Below, piece after piece: positions 37,537 to 44,375 of a stretch of 44,375 nt of DNA. Positions within the stretch are counted from its first letter, which is position 1, and every line of letters starts with the position of its first letter. The DNA is taken from the sequence record NC_019704.1; one strand, 5' to 3'. The notes below the pieces were generated by a model. It was not told where the DNA came from and did not search any database. It was given only the letters and a program-made list of their open reading frames with translations. This DNA is from Enterobacteria phage mEp237. Both the position numbers and the translations under genes were made by a program.

Positions 37537-37785
37537 GTGAGTGATTCAGCTTTGCAAACGTCAGAAGACAACTGGTATGACATTGTAAGAAGGTCTGACG
37601 GCTGCGTGGTGTTTAGCTTTCCTTCATCGGGCAGGCATCTAATTTATCGCGTCAATGGCATGGTTTCTATGCGGCCTTTGCTGGATGATGAAGAGGTCTT
37701 TACTCCTAATGGTTTTATGCAATTTATCCGCCGTCTCGGCTACCGGGTAACACCACCTTCTGATAATATGAAATCAACGGTCTGA
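37537..37785 (+). CDS. Hypothetical protein (GTG start), downstream of the LexA-controlled dinI
   Basis: 82-aa ORF with AAGGGAG RBS 9 nt upstream of GTG. Confidence 0.5.
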   Translation: MSDSALQTSEDNWYDIVRRSDGCVVFSFPSSGRHLIYRVNGMVSMRPLLDDEEVFTPNGFMQFIRRLGYRVTPPSDNMKSTV

Positions 37786-37819
37786 ACAACCGTAACCTAC
37801 TGCGCCACGGAGAGAAACC

Positions 37820-38419
37820 ATGGCGCACGAACTACAACTCATTAAGCAGTCCTCAGGAATTCTGATCCCCGCTACGCCGGAGACCAGCGATATTCTGCAA
37901 TCAAAAATCAAACTTGGTGCCGTATTGGTAGCCGAATTTCGTCAGGTGAGGAATCCAGCATTCCATCGCCGTTTCTTTGCGCTCCTGAATCTCGGGTTTG
38001 AATACTGGGAACCCACCGGTGGGGCGATTTCTTCCAATGAACGTAAATTGGTGACCGGGTACGCTAAATTCCTCGCGGCATTTGGTGGAAACGAAGGCGC
38101 ACTGCTGGATGCTGCCGAGCAGTATCTGGACCGTATCGCCGATAAGCGCGCCGGTAGTATCAGCATCTGCAAATCCTATGACGCATATCGTGCATGGGTG
38201 ATCATCGAGTCTGGCCACTACGACGCCATACAGCTTCCCGACGGCACCCTTCGCAAACACCCCCGCAGCATTGCCTTTGCCAACATGGACGAAACCGAGT
38301 TCCAGCAGCTGTACAAAGCCGCGCTCGATGTTCTGTGGCGCTGGGTATTGTCCCGGGCATTCAAGGACCAGCGTGAAGCGGAAAACGCCGCATCGCAGCT
38401 CATGAGCTTTGCGGGGTGA
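37820..38419 (+). CDS. Hypothetical nin-region protein
   Basis: 199-aa ORF with GGAGAGA RBS; family not determined. Confidence 0.6.
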   Translation: MAHELQLIKQSSGILIPATPETSDILQSKIKLGAVLVAEFRQVRNPAFHRRFFALLNLGFEYWEPTGGAISSNERKLVTGYAKFLAAFGGNEGALLDAAEQYLDRIADKRAGSISICKSYDAYRAWVIIESGHYDAIQLPDGTLRKHPRSIAFANMDETEFQQLYKAALDVLWRWVLSRAFKDQREAENAASQLMSFAG

Positions 38420-38625
38420 TGGCGATGAAATATTCCTGGTTCCACCATCACGAATGCACAACCGATCAGGCCGACGAGCTGGTGGAGAAATACCGGGCGC
38501 GCGGTGTAAAAACAGAGCGCAGCCTGAATCGCGACAACATCACCTGGACCGTCAGCGCGCAATTGCCGGAAGGCGACAACGCGCCTCGCCCGAGCCGGGT
38601 ATGGCAAAGCAAGGCGTGGGGGTGA
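38419..38625 (+). CDS. Hypothetical nin-region protein
   Basis: 68-aa ORF whose ATG overlaps the preceding stop (TGATG). Confidence 0.45.
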   Translation: MAMKYSWFHHHECTTDQADELVEKYRARGVKTERSLNRDNITWTVSAQLPEGDNAPRPSRVWQSKAWG

Positions 38626-38627
38626 GC

Positions 38628-38918
38628 ATGGCAAATTTACGCAAAGAGGCTCGTGGTCGTGATTGTCAGGTTCGAATTCCCGGCGTCTGCAACGGTAACC
38701 CGGAAACGTCTGTACTGGCGCACATTCGCCTGGCCGGGTTATGTGGCACCGGAATCAAACCGCCTGATCTGATTGCCACCATTGCATGCTCTGCCTGTCA
38801 CGACGAGATCGACCGCCGTACACATTTTGTCGATGCTGAGTATGCTAAAGAATGCGCGCTGGAAGGTATGGCGAGAACGCAGGTTATCTGGCTGAAAGAG
38901 GGGGTAATCAAGGCGTGA
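38628..38918 (+). CDS. ybcO: YbcO-like protein (DUF1364, putative Cys-rich nuclease)
   Basis: 96 aa from [21 protein letters not shown]...; near-identical to remembered DLP12 prophage YbcO; conserved Cys/His. Confidence 0.8.
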   Translation: MANLRKEARGRDCQVRIPGVCNGNPETSVLAHIRLAGLCGTGIKPPDLIATIACSACHDEIDRRTHFVDAEYAKECALEGMARTQVIWLKEGVIKA

Positions 38919-39277
38919 ATACTTACAACATCACATTGCCCTGGCCGCCGAGCAATAACCGCTACTACCGCCATAATCGCGGGCGCACGCACATCAGCGC
39001 AGAAGGGCAGGCATACCGCGATAACGTCGCCCGAATCATTAAAAACGCAATGCTGGATATCGGTCTGGCTATGCCTGTGAAAATCCGCATTGAGTGCCAC
39101 ATGCCGGATCGCCGTCGCCGTGACCTGGATAATCTGCAAAAGGCCGCTTTTGACGCACTCACCAAAGCAGGTTTCTGGCTGGACGATGCTCAGGTCGTTG
39201 ATTATCGCGTTGTGAAGATGACCGTTACCAAAGGTGGAAAGCTGGAACTGACAATCACCGGGCTGGAGGCCGTATGA
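38915..39277 (+). CDS. rusA: Holliday junction resolvase RusA
   Basis: 120 aa from GTG ([26 protein letters not shown]...); near-identical to remembered E. coli RusA; overlaps the ybcO stop. Confidence 0.88.
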   Translation: MNTYNITLPWPPSNNRYYRHNRGRTHISAEGQAYRDNVARIIKNAMLDIGLAMPVKIRIECHMPDRRRRDLDNLQKAAFDALTKAGFWLDDAQVVDYRVVKMTVTKGGKLELTITGLEAV

Positions 39278-39410
39278 CATTTGAATCCTGTTTTTCCGAT
39301 CACCTCCGCGTTCGCTGGCAGCGGCTTCGCTTATACCACTTTCCCGGCTCTGTGCTAACGGACTACCGGATACTGAAGAATTACGTGAAAACTTATGCTG
39401 GAGAAGCGCT

Positions 39411-40241
39411 ATGAACCTTGAAAACACAGTGAAATACCACTTCGCTAAATCCACACTGATTAGCGATTCTCCGCGCGCTACCGCCTCCGATTCACTGACC
39501 GGTACCGACATAATGGCTGCCATGGGCATGACGCAGGAACGCGCCGCAATGGGTTACAGCGCCTTCCTCGGCAAGATGGGCATAAGCAATAACGACCGGG
39601 ATCGGGCTATCGGACTGCTGGCTGAGTACGCGATGACCAAATGTGACAAGGTTGCCGCGCTGCGTAAGTTGGATTTCGGGGTTAAGCCTCAGGTGATGTA
39701 CCAGTTGGCCACCTTCGCATTTGAGGATTATTCCCGCAGCGCAGCCAGTGTAAAACGGTGCGATTGCTGCAACGGTGAGGGCTTTATTGATGCTGAGGTA
39801 TTCAGTATGAAAACCAATACGCCGGCACATGCAAAAGAAATCATTAAGGCATCAAAAGCGTTTGGTTTGAAGGTGATACCTTCGCAGCACCAAAACAGGC
39901 GTGAGGTAAAAGAGATAACGCGCGTTCTCTGTCCTCAGTGCAAAGGGAAAAAAGCCATCAGTTGCGCATGTAGTGATTGCCGTGGCCGTGGGAAAGCGGT
40001 GAATCAGAAGGAAACGAAGCAGCAAGGCGTTCCAGTATTCAGCACCTGCAAGCGCTGTGGCGGTCGCGGATATGAGCGCATCCCGTCAACTGAGGCCCAC
40101 GCAGCTGTTTGCCAGATTACGGATGTAATCAGCCTGGATACGTGGAAGAAGTCCGTTAAACCGTTCTATGATCAGCTGATTACGAAATTCGATATTGAAG
40201 AGGCATGGGCAGAAAAACAGCTTAAGCAGATAACGCGGTAA
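39411..40241 (+). CDS. Putative late-gene antiterminator (Q-like, Cys-rich zinc-finger type)
   Basis: 276 aa at the Q position between rusA and the lysis cassette; CxxC repeats (CDCCNGEG, CPQCKGKK, CACSDCRGRG, CKRCGGRG); family assigned by position and Cys pattern. Confidence 0.65.
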   Translation: MNLENTVKYHFAKSTLISDSPRATASDSLTGTDIMAAMGMTQERAAMGYSAFLGKMGISNNDRDRAIGLLAEYAMTKCDKVAALRKLDFGVKPQVMYQLATFAFEDYSRSAASVKRCDCCNGEGFIDAEVFSMKTNTPAHAKEIIKASKAFGLKVIPSQHQNRREVKEITRVLCPQCKGKKAISCACSDCRGRGKAVNQKETKQQGVPVFSTCKRCGGRGYERIPSTEAHAAVCQITDVISLDTWKKSVKPFYDQLITKFDIEEAWAEKQLKQITR

Positions 40242-40337
40242 CGCCTGTAGCGATAGCCTGCGATTTTGTTGCGGGCTATTTACTTTTCCCGAATCTGTGT
40301 TAATTTTGTCCCAACGATGGGTTAATGCCTTCGTTTC

Positions 40338-40368
40338 AAGCCCTGCGGATAACACCGTGGGGCTTTTG
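40338..40368 (+). terminator. Candidate late terminator (tR'-like) downstream of Q
   Basis: Interrupted stem AAGCCC-TG-CGG / CCG-TG-GGGCTT with loop ATAACA, followed by TTTT, about 100 bp after the Q stop. Confidence 0.5.
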
Positions 40369-40708
40369 CGTTTCTGGAGGGTAAGAAAATGCACCAGTAA
40401 ACGGATAGACCGCAGCCGATAGGCAAATCCGCAGTCGTGATGCGGTCCCGAGTCTCCATGAGAGCCAGATGCAGGTACGAACTGCAACACACACTGGTTA
40501 GGGTTAATAAAGAAGAGGTGTGCCGGTACTCCAGAACGATCGCCAATCGTTCTCCGGTTAGAGGTGAGGGATTCATGAGATACCCCTGACTACGGTCTCA
40601 AAGGCATGAGCGCGGCCACTGCGAGAGTGTGGTAAGCAACAGAATAGTAATTCACAGGCCCCTTATGTAAATGCTATAAAAGCGGACTATTGAAAAGGAG
40701 AGTTCGCT

Positions 40709-41350
40709 ATGTCAAAAACCTTTGAGCAAATGAAACTTAATTTTATTTATTTGCACGAATTATGGTTGTTAACTCATTCGATAAAAACACGCTGTGAAGA
40801 GCTCTTTCATGAGACACCACTTCCTGATGCTGGTTACTACTTTAAAATTGATTACAATATTCATATATTAATAAATAGTATTCTTTCAGATGCGGCTAAC
40901 GTCAAGAAACTAATCGCAGTTCCTAAAAATCAGACTAGGGAAGAATCCCCTGAACAATTCAGATTGCATATTGAGCGAAGTAATTACCTTCAAGAAAAAA
41001 TAAAAGATATTGAAATTAAGGAAATTAATTCCGTGAGGGTGAGAAACACCTTGCAACACTTCGATGAGTATTTAGATCAGCTAAACATTGATGTTACAGC
41101 AGGGAAGATGAAAGGTCATGGTATTGCAGTTTATAATTTTGTGATCTCCCACTGGAAGGCAATCAACCCTAGGCCATATCCGATAAGGTTATATGTTTGT
41201 GAGGAAAAAACATACTATAATATGAAGGCGTCAATTAACTTAGAAAAAGTATACAATGAGGCTTTTCAGATTAATGAGGTAATCCGTAAAGAAATAAATA
41301 AAGAAGCTGGTGCAGAGCCTGGTAGCTTTATGGTTCCTTTAAACTTTTAA
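40709..41350 (+). CDS. AT-rich moron protein with an Rx4H (HEPN-like) motif; function unknown
   Basis: 213 aa; strong RBS AAAGGAGAG; low GC against the backbone; R-N-T-L-Q-H at residues 112-117 (nt 41042-41059); own downstream terminator. Confidence 0.7.
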   Translation: MSKTFEQMKLNFIYLHELWLLTHSIKTRCEELFHETPLPDAGYYFKIDYNIHILINSILSDAANVKKLIAVPKNQTREESPEQFRLHIERSNYLQEKIKDIEIKEINSVRVRNTLQHFDEYLDQLNIDVTAGKMKGHGIAVYNFVISHWKAINPRPYPIRLYVCEEKTYYNMKASINLEKVYNEAFQINEVIRKEINKEAGAEPGSFMVPLNF

Positions 41351-41377
41351 ACTTTTAAACTTTATAATTCTATTAAC

Positions 41378-41402
41378 TGCCCCGTAATAGCGGGGCTTTT
41401 TT
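41378..41402 (+). terminator. Intrinsic terminator after the moron gene
   Basis: Stem GCCCCG / CGGGGC, loop TAATAG, then a 6-T run. Confidence 0.7.
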
Positions 41403-41514
41403 ATTTCAGGCTTCCGGGAATCATCCGCTACGTGCTTTGTTGATAAATCCAGCCCGTGAAGCCTGACCCTTTTCATACACACACAGCGCCATCCGAAGAA
41501 TCGGAGGTGAGGCT

Positions 41515-41793
41515 ATGACCAGAATGAGCACCATTTACAGCAGACTTTCATATGGAACAGGCACCACGCTGACCGGCTGCGGTGTATCAGCGAAGGCATA
41601 TGCCGAAACAGCAAAAACAGCAAAAGAGGTGTCCTGGATGTTGGCCGACAGAATTGCAGGGTTAAGCCTGAGCGACTGGGCAATTATTGTCGGTATCGCA
41701 TGCACGGTAATCACCTGTGCAGTGAACTGGTATTTCCGCTGGAAAGAACGGGAGGATCGGCGCAATGGCTATGTCTCTAAAGCTGAAGAATAA
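41515..41793 (+). CDS. Holin (likely pinholin, dual-start motif)
   Basis: 92 aa; GGAGGTGAGG RBS; two Met codons (MTRMSTIY) as in holin/antiholin pairs; TM segment LSDWAIIVGIACTVITCAV; directly upstream of a SAR endolysin. Confidence 0.75.
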   Translation: MTRMSTIYSRLSYGTGTTLTGCGVSAKAYAETAKTAKEVSWMLADRIAGLSLSDWAIIVGIACTVITCAVNWYFRWKEREDRRNGYVSKAEE

Positions 41794-42313
41794 ATTGAGC
41801 GCAGCGGTCGTTGGTTTGATTCTTGCCGGGGCTTCCGCACCCGTGATTCTCGATCAGTTTCTGGATGAGAAAGAGGGTAACAGCTTGACAGCATATCGCG
41901 ACGGCGGCGGACTCTGGACCATTTGCCGTGGTGCAACAATGGTTGATGGCAAGCCAGTAGTACAGGGCATGAAGCTGTCAGCTGAGAAATGCGCCCAGGT
42001 AAACGCCATTGAACGCGACAAGGCGCTGGCGTGGGTTGACCGAAATATCAAAGTACCACTGACCGAACCACAGAAAGCGGGTATCGCTTCTTTCTGCCCA
42101 TATAACATCGGCCCCGGAAAATGCTTCCCATCGACCTTCTATAAGCGCATCAACGCAGGTGACCGCATCGGTGCATGCGAGGCAATCCGCTGGTGGATTA
42201 AAGACGGTGGCCGCGATTGCCGCCTAACCAAAGGCCAGAAGAATGGCTGCTATGGTCAGGTTGAGCGACGGGACCAGGAAAGCGCGCTGGCGTGCTGGGG
42301 GTTAGACCAATGA
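41765..42313 (+). CDS. R: SAR endolysin (T4-lysozyme-like muramidase)
   Basis: N-terminal hydrophobic signal-anchor-release segment (LSAAVVGLILAGASAPVIL); catalytic E-x8-D-x5-T (EGNSLTAYRDGGGLWT). Confidence 0.88.
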   Translation: MAMSLKLKNKLSAAVVGLILAGASAPVILDQFLDEKEGNSLTAYRDGGGLWTICRGATMVDGKPVVQGMKLSAEKCAQVNAIERDKALAWVDRNIKVPLTEPQKAGIASFCPYNIGPGKCFPSTFYKRINAGDRIGACEAIRWWIKDGGRDCRLTKGQKNGCYGQVERRDQESALACWGLDQ

Positions 42314-42825
42314 AAATTAATCCGGGTCTTATAGGCGTTGTTGTTATTGCTGTCCTTTCGGTCGCTCTCGCTAAGAGTTGCTCCAACGCCAGTCGCCTTC
42401 AGAGCGATAACGACGTTCTGCGAAGTGACAACTCTATGCAGGGGCAGGTGATCGCCACCCAGGCATTCAACTTCAATCGATTCAATCAGGTTGCAGAACA
42501 TGCCAACAGGCTAAACTCCCTGATCGACACCAGCACCGAAGAAACTGTAATCGAATACCGGGAGATTCTCCGCCGTGAAAAAACCTGTGATCTGCCTGTT
42601 CCTGCTGACATTGCTGGTGGGCTGCTCGAATACGCGTACCGTTTACGTTCCAGCGCAATGCACGCCGATACCGACGGACCTGACGCAGCCGATGATAGTA
42701 CCGCTGCCGCCGGCTCAATAACGTACTGCCAGGCTGTGCTCTGGATTAAGCCGCTGCTGGCCGTGATTGAAAAGGGCAATAACAATTTCGCTGGAATTCG
42801 TCAAATAGAGAGCGAGCGTCAATAG
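42310..42825 (+). CDS. Rz: Spanin, inner-membrane subunit (Rz-like)
   Basis: ATGA overlap with endolysin; N-terminal TM segment (LIGVVVIAVLSVALA) and a long helical periplasmic region; contains an embedded out-of-frame lipoprotein gene. Confidence 0.8.
   Translation: MKINPGLIGVVVIAVLSVALAKSCSNASRLQSDNDVLRSDNSMQGQVIATQAFNFNRFNQVAEHANRLNSLIDTSTEETVIEYREILRREKTCDLPVPADIAGGLLEYAYRLRSSAMHADTDGPDAADDSTAAAGSITYCQAVLWIKPLLAVIEKGNNNFAGIRQIESERQ
42575..42721 (+). CDS. Rz1: Spanin, outer-membrane lipoprotein subunit (Rz1-like), embedded in Rz in another frame
   Basis: Hand-translated 48-aa ORF from GTG: MKKPVICLFLLTLLVGCS (lipobox LVGC) then Pro-rich tail; GGAG 10 nt upstream; below the ORF-track cutoff. 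Confidence 0.7.
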   Translation: MKKPVICLFLLTLLVGCSNTRTVYVPAQCTPIPTDLTQPMIVPLPPAQ

Positions 42826-42932
42826 TCTTTATCCCTAGCAAGGGATAAAGCAACCATTATCCCCGCTAAGGGATAGGCGTTACAGCAGACACTCACCTAA
42901 TGCCTGTTGCCATTCAGCCAAGGAGCCAGCCT

Positions 42933-43178
42933 ATGAAAAAAGTTAAAGTTACAATTGCTCACCTTGAAGAGCACTACGAGGGTATTGTTCGAGCCGCAAA
43001 CGTCACATTCCAGGTTATTCAGAATGAAAGTGTGATAGTGAAGGATTCTTTATCCGGTAAAGCTTCCCATCCCTTCACTAAAATTTACGCTGTCGATGTT
43101 GATGAATCAGCTGTACATGTGATGCATGATCGGCCTGATTTGAGCTGGTTAACAATTACAGCAGAGCTTGTTGAATAG
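42933..43178 (+). CDS. Hypothetical protein (low-GC gene between lysis cassette and cos)
   Basis: 81 aa from MKKVKV... with AAGGAG RBS 7 nt upstream; track start 42900 lacks an RBS. Confidence 0.55.
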   Translation: MKKVKVTIAHLEEHYEGIVRAANVTFQVIQNESVIVKDSLSGKASHPFTKIYAVDVDESAVHVMHDRPDLSWLTITAELVE

Positions 43179-43237
43179 TATTTATTTTGCAGCTTCAATT
43201 GCTTAGCATTATCTCCGGGTACCCAAAGGAGATAAAT

Positions 43238-43459
43238 ATGTTTGTTGCAGAAGGCTTGAAGCCTGACCTTGATAATATAGGTTGGGTTATGGGGTGGGGG
43301 GTTGTAAGGAATGCCCCGTGGCATTTAGTCGGTGTTTACGCCACCAAAGATGTGGCCGAAACTAAGGCAGCCTCACTAGGTGAGGGCTATGAAGCCCATT
43401 ATGGCTCACATCGGTTAGGCTCTGACGACTTCATCCACCACAACTTCACGCGCAGTTAA
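43238..43459 (+). CDS. Hypothetical protein
   Basis: 73 aa from MFVAEGLKP... with AAGGAG RBS; followed by an intrinsic terminator. Confidence 0.55.
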   Translation: MFVAEGLKPDLDNIGWVMGWGVVRNAPWHLVGVYATKDVAETKAASLGEGYEAHYGSHRLGSDDFIHHNFTRS

Positions 43460-43482
43460 CAAAAGAAGTTGTTCGATATTTA

Positions 43483-43506
43483 GCCTCGCTTATGCGGGGC
43501 TTTTTT
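43483..43506 (+). terminator. Intrinsic terminator
   Basis: Stem GCCTCGC / GCGGGGC (one G-U pair), loop TTAT, then a 6-T run. Confidence 0.65.
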
Positions 43507-43619
43507 ATGCGCATCGCACGCGCACACCGTAGAAAGTCTTTCAGTTGTGAGCCTGGGCAAACCGTTAACTTTCGGCGGCTTTGCTGTGCGACAGGCTCAC
43601 GTCTAAAAGGAAATAAATC

Positions 43620-44087
43620 ATGGGTCATAAAATTATCACGTTGTCCGGCGCGGCGACGGATGTTCTGTATGCGCTGTTTTTCCGTGGCGCGCTTCAGTCT
43701 GGTGATCTGCCAGCCAAATCTGGTGCTGCTGAGCTTCTAGAGCTGGGATTCGCTGAAACACGCCATACCGCGACGGAGTATCAAAAGGAAAATTATTACA
43801 CCTTCCTGACCGCTGAAGGGCAGGAGTTCGCCATTAAGCACCTGGTGAATACGCGCTTTGGTGTTCCTGCTGGTGGTTATATTGGTGGCTCTGTAAATAT
43901 TCAGTTTGGCCGGATAGAGAACGACCCACGAAAAGGCTATGCCATCAATGTTGGCATCTGTCCCGAAATTAAGACCGGCGTGAAGCTATCCCCTGAAATG
44001 GTAAAAGCGATCTCAGATGTTGTGTCCGAGGAACTGAAGAAGAGTCTTCGGCCAGGTGGCACGATATGGTCAGCGCTGTCGCGATGA
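43620..44087 (+). CDS. Hypothetical protein
   Basis: 155-aa ORF, last gene before cos; family not recognised. Confidence 0.55.
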   Translation: MGHKIITLSGAATDVLYALFFRGALQSGDLPAKSGAAELLELGFAETRHTATEYQKENYYTFLTAEGQEFAIKHLVNTRFGVPAGGYIGGSVNIQFGRIENDPRKGYAINVGICPEIKTGVKLSPEMVKAISDVVSEELKKSLRPGGTIWSALSR

Positions 44088-44188
44088 ATGGACGTTTAGA
44101 CGTCCAAATGGGTGCGAATCAAGTCGCATTCCAGCAAATGATAATCATTATCATTTGCGGGTCCTTTCCGGCGATCCGCCTTGTTACG

Positions 44189-44375
44189 GGGCGGCGTCCG
44201 CGCAGATTCTCGCTATTTATGAAAATTTTCTGGTTTATGCCATTTCCGTTCTTCTTCTTGTTTACTCATTGTTTTTGTTAAAAACGTCCTCTCTCCAGAA
44301 AGGAAATGCTGAGCAAGGAAAACGGAAGTTTACCGTTGATTGTTTCCTTTCTCTGTTTTTTGCCAGGAGTAAGCC
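44189..44375. other. cos: Cohesive end site: cosN-like sequence (44189-44200) plus cosB-like terminase-binding region
   Basis: GGGCGGCGTCCG followed by CGCAGATTCTCGCTATTTATGAAAATTTTCTGGTTTATGCCATTTCCGTTCTTCTTC... closely matches the remembered lambda left end; about 176 bp upstream of the Nu1 ATG when the window is circularised. Confidence 0.8.

Larger units (their letters stand above)
1..44375. mobile_element. Complete lambda-like temperate phage genome, circularly permuted to start at the terminase small subunit gene
   Basis: Lambda gene order Nu1 through J, then b-region/int/recombination/immunity/replication/nin/Q/lysis, ending in a cos-like sequence about 175 bp before the window end; b-region is contiguous with int as in virion or circular DNA. 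Confidence 0.85.

Noticed and set aside
38641-38690. GGTTCGAATTCC, a tRNA T-loop-like sequence
   Set aside because: It lies inside the well-supported YbcO-like coding sequence and has no surrounding cloverleaf (no acceptor or anticodon stems found).
41336-41372. Tandem AAACTTTT x3 repeat, considered as a possible CRISPR or satellite repeat
   Set aside because: Only three 8-bp units spanning the stop codon of the moron gene, with no spacer architecture; simple AT-rich slippage sequence.
44066-44281. 71-aa ORF spanning the cos region
   Set aside because: It runs through cosN/cosB, which is conserved as DNA with the lambda cos site; the Phe-rich low-complexity product is typical of a spurious read-through of a T-rich regulatory region.

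Overview
The window reads as one complete lambda-like (lambdoid) temperate phage genome of about 44.4 kb, rotated to begin at the Nu1 start codon and to end about 175 bp past a lambda-type cos site. All calls rest on reading the sequence and on remembered protein families; nothing was searched or computed. Layout: (1) 1-18.7 kb, a near-canonical lambda morphogenesis block (Nu1, A, W, B, C, D, E, FI, FII, Z, U, V, G/G-T, H, M, L, K, I, J); (2) 18.7-23.5 kb, accessory tail genes, a lipoprotein, a tail fibre, a LexA-boxed DinI-like gene, host-like yecD/yecE gene fragments, a Hin-type invertase and the likely attP; (3) 23.5-29.8 kb, integrase, excisionase-like gene and a RecE/RecT-type recombination module on the minus strand; (4) 32.1-35.8 kb, immunity and replication (two tandem DicA/RacR-like repressors without a peptidase domain, Cro-like, CII/YdaT-like, O with ori iterons, P, Ren); (5) 35.8-40.2 kb, a nin-like region with a truncated cytosine methyltransferase, a second LexA-boxed DinI-like gene, YbcO-like nuclease, RusA and a Q-like antiterminator; (6) 40.2-44.4 kb, late leader, lysis cassette (holin, SAR endolysin, Rz/Rz1), three small low-GC genes and cos. 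The best candidates for an undescribed system are an AT-rich three-gene operon with an XRE-type HTH protein at 30.4-31.65 kb, flanked by a small membrane-protein gene, and an AT-rich moron at 40.7-41.35 kb carrying an Rx4H (HEPN-like) motif. No rRNA, tRNA or CRISPR array was found.
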